DNA of 64,000 bases from Coprothermobacterota bacterium (GCA_036679065.1 JAZIGN010000003.1:576001-640000), one strand, 5' to 3'; numbered from the stretch's first letter, positions 27,390 through 37,888 are shown. Made by a program: numbers and translations. The notes: generated by a model from the letters alone, not told the origin.

Positions 27390-29328
27390 CGCTTCTGGGG
27401 AACACGTCTTGGATACAAATTCTCAGGCAGATCCCGGTATAAAGAGAATAGTACTTGTAGGAAACCCCAACTGCGGTAAGTCCACCTTGTTTAATCTGAT
27501 AACTGGTATGAGCGTTCATGTGGGAAACTGGCCGGGCGTAACCGTGGATGTGAAAATGGCCCAGTGGAAAGTGGACGGCGGAATTAGGGAGGTTGTGGAC
27601 TTACCAGGCAGTTATTCTTTGTTGGGAAAGAACGTTGACGAACAGGTCACCAGTAATTTCCTGTTATCGCAGGAATATGATGTTGTTTTGAACGTAGTGG
27701 ATTCTACGTCCTTAGAGCGTTCTCTCATGCTCACTCTGGAACTCTTGGACTTGCAAAAGCCCATGGTAGTCGCTTTGAACTTCATTGACGAGTTAGAAAA
27801 GTCAGGAGCTACTATTGACGCCGACAAGCTGTCCGAGGAGTTGGGTGTTCCCGTTGTACCGATTTCGGCGCTCAAAGGTATTAACATTGATGCGTTGAAG
27901 GGGGCTTTAAAGAATGCACGTGTACCAAAGCTAATTCCGTTTAATCGTTCTTTGGAGAACCTCATAGCCACATTGCAGAAGAGAGATAATTTAGGGCGTT
28001 TCGAGGCACTAAGCAGTATCGCCAACGAGCAAACTGACATGGACGAGATCATGGGCCATTTGGACGGGATACATCCTCAGGAGCACATTGCCATGGAGCG
28101 TTACCGAAAGGCACATCAGATAGCCATGGACGTCATGAAGAAATTGCCAGAAAAGTGGAAATGGTCAGACATGTTGGATCACGTTCTACTTCATCCCATA
28201 GTTGGCATACCCACTTTTGTTATAATTCTTTACCTTCTCTTCAAAGTCATTTTTGCAGTAGGACAACCTTTGACGGACCTAGTAGCTGAGTCTATTTCTT
28301 GGATATCGGCGGTGGTGACCACCCATCTGCCCAACGGTCTCATGAAAGACTTTATTCAGAATGCTCTGTTTGGTGGGGTAGGGAACGTCATATCTTTTGT
28401 CCCGTTGGTGTTTGTCATGTTCTTCACGGTAGGGTTACTGGAGAATTCTGGTTACATGGCTCGGGCTTCGCTCATCATGGACAGGCCTTTATCACGATTT
28501 GGATTAAGCGGGAAGTCATTTATTTCCCTCATACTTGGGTTTGGTTGCAATGTGCCTGCCGTACTTTCTACCCGTGCCATTGATGACCCAGTGGAACGTA
28601 GAATTGCGTCCATGGTGATCCCCCTGATTCCCTGCAATGCACGTCTTCCTGTGCTTACGGTTCTTGGCTCAGCGTTGTTTGGACCCCGGGCATTGGGGGC
28701 TGTACTGTTTTGTTACGCACTGTCTGTGGCTTTTAGCCTCATACTGGCGTTTGGCTTTAGGAATGTGGCTTTCAAACGCATGCCAACGTTTTTCGCCTTA
28801 GAAATGCCGCCATACAGGATGCCCTCTCTGAAAATGACAACCAAACTGGCTTGGTTCCGGACAAAAGATTTTCTTCACAAGGCTTTCACAGTGGTTTTGC
28901 TGGCAACTGTTATCTTCTGGGCGTTTCTCACTTTTCCTTTGGGTGCAGATGTTTCTCAAAGTTATGTTGCTCGCATAGGTATGTTTTTGAGCCAAACCGT
29001 CTTTAAACCTCTGGGGTTTAACTGGCAGATGTCATCAGCCTTACTCATGGGCCTAGCAGCGAAAGAAGCGGTACTTTCATCACTTGGACAGCTTTACAAA
29101 GCTAGCGGATCTGCACTAGTTTCTACTTTAGCTTCTTCCTTTAGTTCGCCCTCGGGTATTGCTTTCATGGTGTTTTTTGTGCTTTATGTGCCGTGCATAG
29201 CTACCATGGCGGCGTTGAGAAAGGAGGTAGGGTCAAAGTGGACCGCAATACAACTGGTAGTTCAGCTGGTTGTGGCTTATCTGGTCAGTCTTGGAGCTTA
29301 TTACCTGTCTTACTTGTTGTTTGTTTAA
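27370..29328 (+). CDS. feoB: Ferrous iron transport protein B
   Basis: GNPNCGKST, GNWPGVTV, DLPG, GFGCNVPA, LYVPCIAT. Confidence 0.96.
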   Translation: MSMSCHDASGEHVLDTNSQADPGIKRIVLVGNPNCGKSTLFNLITGMSVHVGNWPGVTVDVKMAQWKVDGGIREVVDLPGSYSLLGKNVDEQVTSNFLLSQEYDVVLNVVDSTSLERSLMLTLELLDLQKPMVVALNFIDELEKSGATIDADKLSEELGVPVVPISALKGINIDALKGALKNARVPKLIPFNRSLENLIATLQKRDNLGRFEALSSIANEQTDMDEIMGHLDGIHPQEHIAMERYRKAHQIAMDVMKKLPEKWKWSDMLDHVLLHPIVGIPTFVIILYLLFKVIFAVGQPLTDLVAESISWISAVVTTHLPNGLMKDFIQNALFGGVGNVISFVPLVFVMFFTVGLLENSGYMARASLIMDRPLSRFGLSGKSFISLILGFGCNVPAVLSTRAIDDPVERRIASMVIPLIPCNARLPVLTVLGSALFGPRALGAVLFCYALSVAFSLILAFGFRNVAFKRMPTFFALEMPPYRMPSLKMTTKLAWFRTKDFLHKAFTVVLLATVIFWAFLTFPLGADVSQSYVARIGMFLSQTVFKPLGFNWQMSSALLMGLAAKEAVLSSLGQLYKASGSALVSTLASSFSSPSGIAFMVFFVLYVPCIATMAALRKEVGSKWTAIQLVVQLVVAYLVSLGAYYLSYLLFV

Positions 29329-29330
29329 TA

Positions 29331-29612
29331 GTGAGCGTGGGCTCGCTCTGGTTTTTGGCTGGAAACTGGATTGATTTTGTAATGCAAATTGTCTTTATTT
29401 TACTTTACATAGCCGCTTTGGCAGATTTTGGGAAACCATATTTCGTAGCTGCACACCTCACAGTTTCTTCTTTTCTGGAGACACTCTTTTACCTGACCTT
29501 GGTACTTTCAACTCCTCAGAAGCTTTGGTTTTTGGTCGCTGCCCTCATTATGGCAGCGGTTGATTTCTTTTCCTATCGCATTCTTAGTAATTTCTTGGAT
29601 ACGTCTTCATAG
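29331..29612 (+). CDS. Small hydrophobic membrane protein of unknown function
   Basis: Hydrophobic ORF filling the gap after feoB; in-frame GTG at 29331; start uncertain. Confidence 0.55.
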   Translation: MSVGSLWFLAGNWIDFVMQIVFILLYIAALADFGKPYFVAAHLTVSSFLETLFYLTLVLSTPQKLWFLVAALIMAAVDFFSYRILSNFLDTSS

Positions 29613-30092
29613 CAGGGGAGAGAACCCCATGTCATACCAGTGTTCCTTCATTAAATTGTCCAGCTCGTTTCGTATGGTTGCTTCGTGTTCTTCTTCCCAC
29701 TTTGCCAGTTTTAAGTAAATCTGTTTTCCGATGGCATCGTCAGTGTGCTCGGCAGCTTTCTTGTAGAACTCAGCAAAATCATGCTCTAGTAGCATGGCCA
29801 TGCGTAGAGCAGCTATTTCGCCAAAGTTGAACTCTGATTCTTGTGCTTTTACTCTTTCGAAAGGCGTTTCTTCAGGTGGCATTTCGTCAATGAAAGTGTT
29901 TTCATCTTCGAGATGACCTAGCACTTTGGACAGGTACTCAACGTGGCTTTCCTCCATGCGTTTCAGTCCCGTGAACAAGTCTTTCACGGAAGGTGTGGTT
30001 GATTCTCCTGCTTTCTCGTTGTAAAAACGTACGCCCTCTTTTTCCATCTCCAAAGCGTACTGAAGTGCACTAATGGCTTTCTCAAGTTCCAT
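29607..30092 (-). CDS. Ferritin-like/rubrerythrin-family diiron protein
   Basis: Duplicated A...E....FY...EE.H motifs (MEESH, WEEEH); no rubredoxin domain. Confidence 0.85.
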   Translation of the reverse strand: MELEKAISALQYALEMEKEGVRFYNEKAGESTTPSVKDLFTGLKRMEESHVEYLSKVLGHLEDENTFIDEMPPEETPFERVKAQESEFNFGEIAALRMAMLLEHDFAEFYKKAAEHTDDAIGKQIYLKLAKWEEEHEATIRNELDNLMKEHWYDMGFSPLL

Positions 30093-31383
30093 AAATCCCA
30101 GCCTCCTTTAGCCTGTCGTAGGCATCTCTCATTCCCACAATGACCCATTTCTTAAACTTCTTACTGCACAACTGGAAAACTTCTCTGCTGTTTCCAGTCA
30201 AGAGACCAGCATCTTCGTATCTCTTTAAGGTTTGTTCGGATTGCTTCTCATCTAGTGACTTTATGATGGAAGCTGCTCCTGAGACACCATATTGCTTTAT
30301 AACCTTTATAATTTCGTGGCTTTTATTTTCTGGTTCGTAACCCGTGGCTCCATGAATCACCACAAAGTCATTACCCCAACGTTGGGCAACTGTTTGCAGG
30401 CATGCGTCTATGCTTTCTGGAGTGTGTGCAAAGTCTATAATCATTTCGATGCCGTTTATGAGAACGTGATTCATGCGAACAGGAACAGAAGGAAATTCAC
30501 CCTCCAGCTTTACACCCTTCCACAGAAAAGCTGCTGCTACAGTGCCCACAGCATCGTGAGCAAAAACTTTTCCGGGCATTGGAAGATGCACGCTGGATAC
30601 ACCTTGGGGTGTGTATATCCTTACGTCCTGCTCCCATTCGTATTCTTTTCTGTCTAAGATGTAAAAATCCCCGGTATCGCCGTATCTGAGAAATGGATTG
30701 GGTGGAAGAACATCAGGTGCTGGTACATTCTGGCCCAGTAGTGCTAAAGCGCCTCTCTTTAGATAGGAAAAAGCTTTCTTTTTCGCTGAGTAGTATGCAT
30801 ATGTGGTCTTATGGTAGTCCATGTGTTCTGGTTCAAACGTGGTCCATATTAACCCTTCCAAAGGCAAAGGAAGTCTGTCTTCTGATAAACCAATGGAAGA
30901 GAGTTCAACAACCCAGTGATCTTCACCAGTTTTCCTATAAGTGTTGAATAAAGCATCAGCACCAGTGGTTGTAGTGGGTAAAACAAATTGCACATCTTTT
31001 GCCCTTATGCCCAGTGTTCCCATGTAGCCAGTTCCAAGCAAAGAGGATAGCCACCATGCAATAGTACTCTTACCCTTGGTGCCTGTGACGCCCCAGACGT
31101 GTAAGGGGTACACTCTCGCTCCAGCTTTAATGAATTTCTTATAAAGCTGACGTGCGTCAGGGCGGTGGATAACATTAGATCCAGAGGCTTCTCTCTCTGT
31201 AATAATGAGTTTTGCTCTGTTTTGAAGCTCAGGTATGAGTGTGCGCGCGTCAAAGTGAGCACCTGTAAAAGCAAAGAAAATATCGCCATCCATGAACCAG
31301 CGATTGTCCGAGGAGAATTTAATTAAATCAGGGAGGCTGTGTTCACTGCCTGTAAATGAATGCTCCGCTGCCATAAACACCAT
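30082..31383 (-). CDS. Mur ligase, MurE-like and divergent
   Basis: GVTGTKGKST, VELSS, EHMDYH...Y..AK and IDFAHTPES motifs; no DNPR motif. Confidence 0.75.
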   Translation of the reverse strand: MVFMAAEHSFTGSEHSLPDLIKFSSDNRWFMDGDIFFAFTGAHFDARTLIPELQNRAKLIITEREASGSNVIHRPDARQLYKKFIKAGARVYPLHVWGVTGTKGKSTIAWWLSSLLGTGYMGTLGIRAKDVQFVLPTTTTGADALFNTYRKTGEDHWVVELSSIGLSEDRLPLPLEGLIWTTFEPEHMDYHKTTYAYYSAKKKAFSYLKRGALALLGQNVPAPDVLPPNPFLRYGDTGDFYILDRKEYEWEQDVRIYTPQGVSSVHLPMPGKVFAHDAVGTVAAAFLWKGVKLEGEFPSVPVRMNHVLINGIEMIIDFAHTPESIDACLQTVAQRWGNDFVVIHGATGYEPENKSHEIIKVIKQYGVSGAASIIKSLDEKQSEQTLKRYEDAGLLTGNSREVFQLCSKKFKKWVIVGMRDAYDRLKEAGIYGT

Positions 31384-32575
31384 TGACCACAGTGCCTTCT
31401 TGGACTGCTACTTGTTTTCCTAAACGACTTCCTTTTATTATGGTGACGTTTCTGCCAATGACTGTTATACCATCTGTGTAAATCTGAGGAGCTACTTCAT
31501 TAGGAACCTCTTCTCCTTCTCCAATAACAACACCGTCTTCGATGTACACTGATTCTCCAGTGATCACTCGGTACAGCTTGGCACCTTTACCAACGTAGCT
31601 TCTTGGACCGATGACGCTTTCTACGACCTCTGCATCGTCATCGATGAAGGTTTGTAGGCCAACAACGGAACGTAAGATGTTGCCCTTTACAATACTGCCT
31701 TCACTTACTAACGCACTTCTGGCACTTCCAGGGCCAAGGAAAATGGGAGAAGGAAGGTCAGCGGGATTTGTGTAAATCTTCCAGCGAGGATCATATGAAT
31801 TGAGCCTGGGGAAGGGAGCTACCAAATCCATGTGCCCTTCCCAGAAAGACTTTATGGTTCCAACGTCCAACCAGTAGCCATCAAATCTATAAGCGTAGGC
31901 AGGCTCCCCTGATGATACAATGCGTGGCCATATGTCACCGCCGAAATCGTGGGTCGATTCTTCTTTGATACTGTCTTCAAGTAGCAGTTCCCTTAGGTAG
32001 GGCCAATGAAAGGCGTATATACCCATGTTAACCAAGTTGGATTTTGGCTCGGCGGGTTTTTCTTGGAATTCCAGAACACGCTCGTGCTCATCAGTAATCA
32101 CAGTGCCGTATCTACAAGCTTCTTCCCAGGAAACCGTGGTTGCTGCCAAAACCGCGCGAGCATTCTTTAGATCCATGTACTTGAGTAAAGGTCTGTAGTC
32201 CATCAAGTACACATGATCTGCTGACAATATGAGCACAGTGTCTGGTTTGAGATAGTCAATGTATTCAATATTTTGAAAAACAGCGTCGGCTGTGCCTTGA
32301 TACCACTCTTTATGAGGAGGAAGCACTGCAAAATATGAGGTTCGTCTGACAAAATCCCATGGTCTTCCCATGGCTACGTGGCTAATAAGCTCCACAGGTC
32401 TGTACTGTGGAAGAATGGCAATGCCTTCCAGCTGTGAATGGGCACAGTTCGACAATGCGAAATCGATGATTCTGTACTTACCTCCAAAATAAACCGATGG
32501 TTTTGCCAAGGTTTCAGTGAGCACACCTAACCTTGTGCCTGTGCCTCCCGCAAGTATAAGCGCCAGTACTTTCAT
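31343..32575 (-). CDS. glgC: Glucose-1-phosphate adenylyltransferase
   Basis: LAGGTGTRL..LT...AKPSV.FGGKYRIIDF, WYQGTADAV, EKP, YWLDVGT. Confidence 0.95.
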   Translation of the reverse strand: MKVLALILAGGTGTRLGVLTETLAKPSVYFGGKYRIIDFALSNCAHSQLEGIAILPQYRPVELISHVAMGRPWDFVRRTSYFAVLPPHKEWYQGTADAVFQNIEYIDYLKPDTVLILSADHVYLMDYRPLLKYMDLKNARAVLAATTVSWEEACRYGTVITDEHERVLEFQEKPAEPKSNLVNMGIYAFHWPYLRELLLEDSIKEESTHDFGGDIWPRIVSSGEPAYAYRFDGYWLDVGTIKSFWEGHMDLVAPFPRLNSYDPRWKIYTNPADLPSPIFLGPGSARSALVSEGSIVKGNILRSVVGLQTFIDDDAEVVESVIGPRSYVGKGAKLYRVITGESVYIEDGVVIGEGEEVPNEVAPQIYTDGITVIGRNVTIIKGSRLGKQVAVQEGTVVNGVYGSGAFIYRQ

Positions 32576-33540
32576 ATGACATGCTCCCTGGGTATCACTG
32601 TCAATTCACTGCTTATAACTTCTCGATTAGCCCTGAATACTGTGTACCGGTCAGCAATTACATTGACCAAACGTGCGCCTTCTTCTACCACAACGTCCTG
32701 CATGAGTATGGAATTCTCCACATAGGCACCAGCACGTATTACTGAGTTTCTACCAACCACGCTGTGTATTACATGACCTCCGATAATGCAGCCATCGGAA
32801 ACGATGCTGTCGGTGATGCGGCACGTGGTGGAAAACTTAGCTGGCGGAAAATCGCGGAGTTTAGTCAAAATCATGTTCTGAGTTAAAGCTCTGTAAACAT
32901 CAAGATCCAGTGCGTCCATGTGAAGTCTGTAGAAGGTTTCCAAACCATCAGATAATTTGTACATGGGTATAGCAGTTGTAAACTGCTCAATCCGTAAATC
33001 ACTCCTTATGCTGGCCACAGCATCACGCCAGAAATCTCGGAGGTCTTTGTAAGCAAAGAGTATTTCTAGGAGAAGGAACTTGTTTATGACAAATATATAC
33101 GGTTCTTCAGGGTCTCCAATGAATGTTATGTCAGCTGCCTTGTCGATGTGATATTTTATTAGCTCATGGAAGTCAATATTGTAAACACAGTCTCCCCACG
33201 CAATTATGGCCAGTTCTTCGTTAGCTCTTCTTAGAAAAGTAGTGTTCTTGAACAGAGCGTCCAGTGTTCCCAAATACTTACCAGGCAAAATGAAAAGTCC
33301 GCCTTCCTTTTTATCTAGGTCCCATTGCGAAGCAATCCGTAAATGATCTAACAAGGATACTGCTTCCGTGTCCAGGCTTACGCCAATACGGACAATGCCT
33401 GCTCGCACGAAGCTGGACAGAGAAAAGTCAATGGCTCTGTATTTGCCAAGTACAGGTAACGAAGCAGCAGGTCTAACCAAGGTTAAGGGATCTAAAGAAT
33501 GGACCCAATCATGAGCAAATATGAATCCAAAAGCCTCCAT
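32572..33540 (-). CDS. glgD: ADP-glucose pyrophosphorylase GlgD-like subunit
   Basis: LDPLT..RPAASLP..GKYRAIDF.LS, WDLD, hexapeptide C-terminus; adjacent to glgC. Confidence 0.85.
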   Translation of the reverse strand: MEAFGFIFAHDWVHSLDPLTLVRPAASLPVLGKYRAIDFSLSSFVRAGIVRIGVSLDTEAVSLLDHLRIASQWDLDKKEGGLFILPGKYLGTLDALFKNTTFLRRANEELAIIAWGDCVYNIDFHELIKYHIDKAADITFIGDPEEPYIFVINKFLLLEILFAYKDLRDFWRDAVASIRSDLRIEQFTTAIPMYKLSDGLETFYRLHMDALDLDVYRALTQNMILTKLRDFPPAKFSTTCRITDSIVSDGCIIGGHVIHSVVGRNSVIRAGAYVENSILMQDVVVEEGARLVNVIADRYTVFRANREVISSELTVIPREHVI

Positions 33541-33549
33541 ATTTCTATT

Positions 33550-34284
33550 CTATAACAAGTGTCTATTCAGTTCAAGGATGCGAAGAAGTCCAAGCAAGCT
33601 TAAATGGGGTTCGTACTGTGCTGGGAAATCAATGACCTTGCTTATGAGTCTTGCGGCACCACCTGTGAGTACCGCATTCAACTCGGGATACTCATTCTTG
33701 AGTCTGGTGTAGAAACCTTCAGCCCAAAAGGCGAAACCAAAAATAAAGCCAGATTCCAAATTTGTTTTTGTGTCGCGTCCGATGAGGTCCTTTGGTATGT
33801 CCAAAGGTACTTCTTGTAACAAGGCTGCTTTAGCGGTTAGACATTCATATGATGACATAACGCCTGGCCCAATAACGCCTCCCACGAATTCGCGATGTGG
33901 CGTAACTAAGTTTATGACACTGGCAGTGCCGAAGTCTATGGTAATGAAAGGAGTTTTTAGTCCCAAGTAGAAAGCACCTTCAATGTCAGCTAAACGATCC
34001 TCACCTACTTCAGCTTTCCTGCTTATGTCGAAGGTTATGTCGAAATTTTCAGCTTCCTTTAAAGGTAGTCCTGGAGCTTTTTTTGAAAGTAATTCTGTCC
34101 ATTTTGCTCCCACAGCAGGCACCACAGAACTAATCACCCATGCATCCATGGGTTGACTAATTAAGTCTGAGTCAAATTGCCCTGTGGGGAATTCCACTAC
34201 GTTTGATAGCCTTTCGCCATCGCTAAAGGCAAGTTTTGTTCTTGTGTTACCAATATCAACTAGTACTACTGTATCGTTTCCCAT
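33550..34284 (-). CDS. coaX: Type III pantothenate kinase
   Basis: VDIGNT, SSVVP, GEDR, IDFGTA, GGVIGPG, LTGG. Confidence 0.93.
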   Translation of the reverse strand: MGNDTVVLVDIGNTRTKLAFSDGERLSNVVEFPTGQFDSDLISQPMDAWVISSVVPAVGAKWTELLSKKAPGLPLKEAENFDITFDISRKAEVGEDRLADIEGAFYLGLKTPFITIDFGTASVINLVTPHREFVGGVIGPGVMSSYECLTAKAALLQEVPLDIPKDLIGRDTKTNLESGFIFGFAFWAEGFYTRLKNEYPELNAVLTGGAARLISKVIDFPAQYEPHLSLLGLLRILELNRHLL

Positions 34285-35108
34285 TGTTTTAGAAGCTCGG
34301 CTAGCTGTGCAGCTTTTTCCGGGTTTGAAAAGCTAATAGTTACAGAATAGCCATTCTTGCTCTTGGACACTCTCACCGGTATCGTCTTTACTTGGGCAAA
34401 AGCTTGTTTAAGCTTTTTTACATTGGGGTCCATATTCTTCTTGGAAACACTACTATCTTTCTGGGAGGCTCTGCAAAGCTGTTCCAGTTCTCTGACCGAC
34501 AATTTCTTCTGAGCTACTACTCTTGCTAGCTTAACAATCTGCTCTTCACTTTTCAAGCTAAGTAAAACTTTTGCATGTCCTACTGTGATGTCGCCTTTTT
34601 GTAGAAGGGTTTGCACTTCTTGTGGTAAATCTAACAGTCTTAGCAGGTTTGTGAAATTTGACCTGCTCATACCAAGAACCTCCGCTAGTTCTTCTTGAGT
34701 CATACCAGTACTCTCGATTATTTGCTTACAAGCCCGTGCTACCTCAATTGCGTTGAGATCTTTCCTTTGAAGGTTTTCAACTAAAGCCATGACCATGGCC
34801 TGCTCGTCACTGACGTTCTTTACTATTACCGGCACCTTTTCTAAACCAGCTTTTATGGCTGCTCTCCAGCGCCTTTCTCCGGCGATGAGTTCATACTTGT
34901 CTCCAGAACCTCGCACCAGTATGGGCTGCAGAACGCCAGTTTTCCTTAGAGATTCTGCCAGATCGTCAATATCATCATCGTCAAGCGCCGAGCGGGGTTG
35001 GAAGGGCGAAGTTGTTATCAAGCCCGGATCCAGCTGGAGGATTTCTTCACCTAGCAAATTGTCTCCGAGAAGTGCATTCAACCCCTTACCGAGTTTGTTT
35101 TTGGACAC
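34266..35108 (-). CDS. parB: Chromosome partitioning protein ParB/Spo0J
   Basis: LGKGL.ALL, QPR, GVLQPILVR, IAGERRWRA, ENLQR.DL and an HTH. Confidence 0.96.
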   Translation of the reverse strand: MSKNKLGKGLNALLGDNLLGEEILQLDPGLITTSPFQPRSALDDDDIDDLAESLRKTGVLQPILVRGSGDKYELIAGERRWRAAIKAGLEKVPVIVKNVSDEQAMVMALVENLQRKDLNAIEVARACKQIIESTGMTQEELAEVLGMSRSNFTNLLRLLDLPQEVQTLLQKGDITVGHAKVLLSLKSEEQIVKLARVVAQKKLSVRELEQLCRASQKDSSVSKKNMDPNVKKLKQAFAQVKTIPVRVSKSKNGYSVTISFSNPEKAAQLAELLKQWETIQ

Positions 35109-35853
35109 GCTCCTCTATCTCCTCCACTAAATCATTATATGCTTTCGCTGCCGGGGAACGCTTATCGTACTCCATAATGCTTTGGCCGTAACTTGGAGCT
35201 TCGGCTACTCGAGTGCTTCTCGGTATAACTGTTTTGAAAACTTTTTCCCTAAAATATGCTCGGAGTTCCGCTTCCACTTCCTGACTTAGTCTTGTTCTTC
35301 TGTCATACATGGTTAGCAGGAATCCTAAAACGTCCAAGTTTGTATTAAGGTACTTCTTCACAAGGTTAACTGTCTTTAGCAACTGTCCCACACCCTCCAA
35401 AGCGAAAAACTCACACTGAATGGGCACGAGCACCCAGTCAGATGAAACCAGTGCGTTCACGGTAAGTAGTCCCAGAGAAGGTGGGGTATCTATTATTATC
35501 ATGTCAAATTCTTCTTTCAAAGGTTCCAGTGCCGCTTTTAGTCTGGTTTCTCTGCTCAAAACGTTTACTAGCTCCACTTCCGCGCCTGCCAAATCCAAGT
35601 TTGCCGGAATCAAATAAAGATTGTTTCTTACCATGATAGCTGCTTCTCTAGCGGAAGCGTCATTAATAAGTACATCGTAGGTGGTAGCCTTAAGCTCGTT
35701 CTTTGTCACGCCCAATCCCGTAGTAGCGTTTCCTTGAGCGTCTATATCTACCAACAGCACTTTTCTGTCTTGAGAGTAGACGAAGGCCAAGTTCAATGCA
35801 GTCGTAGTTTTTCCCACTCCACCTTTTTGGTTTGCTACTGATATGATCATCAT
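35086..35853 (-). CDS. parA: Chromosome partitioning ATPase ParA/Soj
   Basis: NQKGGVGKTT, D.D.QGNAT, IDTPPSLG, AEAPSYG. Confidence 0.96.
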   Translation of the reverse strand: MMIISVANQKGGVGKTTTALNLAFVYSQDRKVLLVDIDAQGNATTGLGVTKNELKATTYDVLINDASAREAAIMVRNNLYLIPANLDLAGAEVELVNVLSRETRLKAALEPLKEEFDMIIIDTPPSLGLLTVNALVSSDWVLVPIQCEFFALEGVGQLLKTVNLVKKYLNTNLDVLGFLLTMYDRRTRLSQEVEAELRAYFREKVFKTVIPRSTRVAEAPSYGQSIMEYDKRSPAAKAYNDLVEEIEERVQKQTR

Positions 35854-36533
35854 GCGCCGAACCTTCTTTGCCTCCTCTGGAATTCTTCAAGTACGTAATC
35901 TACATCGCTCTTTTCCATGTCGGGCCAGTATTTGTTTAGAAAAATGAGTTCAGCGTACGCTGATTGCCAAAGGAGGAAATTTGATATTCGTTGTTCCCCA
36001 CTAGTACGTACTATGACGTCAACAGGATTTGATTCTGGGTTATATAGATGATGGTCGATGTCCTCTTCGCCGATCTCACGCAGATCTTCTTTTTGCTGCA
36101 AAATGGAGTTTACCGCTTGAACAATTTCCAATTTACCTCCATAATTAATGGCTAAATTTACTAACAGTCCGGTGTTGTTCTCTGTTCTTTCTTCAAGTCT
36201 TTGTAAGGCTCTTTGGACGTTTTGGGGCAGCCCATTTTTCTCGCCAATGTGGCGTACTCTTATATTCTTCCTTGCCCATGGCTCCAGAATGGACTCTACC
36301 ATTCTTGCTCCTAGGTTCATCAAGTAACTAACTTCTTCTTGAGTTCTTTTCCAATTCTCCGTGCTAAAAAGGTAGTAGGTTACTTGCTTAACGTCGGTAT
36401 TTAACAAACAGTCAGTTACGAGGAGCACCTTATTAAAGCCAACTTCATGACCTTGCAACGTGGGCAAGCCCTTTTCTCTCGCCCAGCGTCTATTGCCGTC
36501 TACTATGAATCCGATGTGATTTGGAACTGACAT
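35850..36533 (-). CDS. uppS: Undecaprenyl diphosphate synthase
   Basis: HIGFIVDGNRRWA, FSTENWKR, NYGG, RTSGEQRISNFLLWQ. Confidence 0.96.
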   Translation of the reverse strand: MSVPNHIGFIVDGNRRWAREKGLPTLQGHEVGFNKVLLVTDCLLNTDVKQVTYYLFSTENWKRTQEEVSYLMNLGARMVESILEPWARKNIRVRHIGEKNGLPQNVQRALQRLEERTENNTGLLVNLAINYGGKLEIVQAVNSILQQKEDLREIGEEDIDHHLYNPESNPVDVIVRTSGEQRISNFLLWQSAYAELIFLNKYWPDMEKSDVDYVLEEFQRRQRRFGA

Positions 36534-36542
36534 AGTTCTATT

Positions 36543-37790
36543 CTATAGCCTCCTTTTTGATCGTTGCGCACTTTCGAACATGATAAGCGATACAAGCGCC
36601 AAAACCGAAGAGAATGCAAGCAGCAAATTACTCATATTGAAGGCCAGTACTGGCTGTTTTTCCCACGTTAACAAATCAAGAACGACGCCGTAGAAGAGTT
36701 GTCCAAAGGCTGCTCCCAAGAAGCCCCCACCGTTTACTAAAGCCATACCAATGCCAGAGAACCTGCTTCCGGCTATCTCTTTACCCCAATTCCATACAGG
36801 CATGTAACCAGCAGAGGTGAAACCTGTTAAGAAAAACCATATCGGATAACACCAGAAAGGCCATCTGCTAGCTGTAAGTAAGACAAACATTAGTATCATG
36901 TTTGTTCCTAAAAAGACCTTTGCAAACTTGAATTCACCCATCTTTGCAGTCAAAGTACCAGACAGAAGAGCGGCAACCATGAAACCAACGGCTATGAGCA
37001 TGACAGAGTAACTTGCAGTAATCTTGCTTGTATGAGCTAAGTTTTGAACCAAGGGAACACCCCAGGCTGCTTGCAGCGTCATTATGGGAGCTAAAGAAAA
37101 GAAGTAAATAAGAGTGGGAAACCAAATCTGGCGGCTGCTCAGCACTGTTTTTAAGCCATTCATTGTTTCCTTCCATGTAAGCTGGGTTTCTTCTCTTAAA
37201 TCCTCGAAACCTGCCAAAGATGGTTTGTCCTCGACAAGAAAGAATGCTGCTATTCCTATGAGTGCTGTTATTACGCCCACAGCATAGAACGAATTCCTCC
37301 AACCAATATTGGCGACAAGTACTGCCAGGGGAGCCGAAGAAACTAACGCTCCCAAGTTACCTATGAAAGTAGTAATCCCTGTGAGTGCTACGAATTCCAC
37401 AGGAAGAAACCATGAGCTGTTCAATTTCAAAACAGCTATGTAGACGGGTGACACTCCCAGGGCAGAAATAAACCGTCCCAAAAGCAAAACCGAAAAGCTC
37501 CGTGCAGAAGCAAAAATCCAAGATCCCACGGAAGCTAAAACCATTGCTAAGGAAATAGACTTTCTTGGTCCCCAGTAGTCAATGAGGACGCCAGCGGGAA
37601 CTTGCATTAGTGCATATGTGTAAAAATACAAGGAGGTTAGAAGGGAAAACTGAGAGGCACTTAAGCCAAAAGTAGACTGCAAATCAGACTGAACCACATT
37701 TAGTGATGTCCGAACGAAAAACACGAAGAAATAAGCCGCTAATCCAGCAAAAACAGTCATGTTGCGTGTCCTCTTGAACGAGTGGGCCAT
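36543..37790 (-). CDS. MFS transporter
   Basis: 12-TM pattern; G.LIDYWGPRK motif A. Confidence 0.88.
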   Translation of the reverse strand: MAHSFKRTRNMTVFAGLAAYFFVFFVRTSLNVVQSDLQSTFGLSASQFSLLTSLYFYTYALMQVPAGVLIDYWGPRKSISLAMVLASVGSWIFASARSFSVLLLGRFISALGVSPVYIAVLKLNSSWFLPVEFVALTGITTFIGNLGALVSSAPLAVLVANIGWRNSFYAVGVITALIGIAAFFLVEDKPSLAGFEDLREETQLTWKETMNGLKTVLSSRQIWFPTLIYFFSLAPIMTLQAAWGVPLVQNLAHTSKITASYSVMLIAVGFMVAALLSGTLTAKMGEFKFAKVFLGTNMILMFVLLTASRWPFWCYPIWFFLTGFTSAGYMPVWNWGKEIAGSRFSGIGMALVNGGGFLGAAFGQLFYGVVLDLLTWEKQPVLAFNMSNLLLAFSSVLALVSLIMFESAQRSKRRL

Positions 37791-37888
37791 ATCAATAACA
37801 TATTATCATCACCTGATAGCCTGCTCATGCCTGCACAGACTGAAATTGTCAATTGCAAACGGTTTTAAGAACTGTTTAAGTGGCATTG

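Noticed and set aside
34266..36533. parS site or oriC near parAB
   Set aside because: No TGTTTCACGTGAAACA-like palindrome, dnaA gene or cluster of perfect DnaA boxes was seen by eye.
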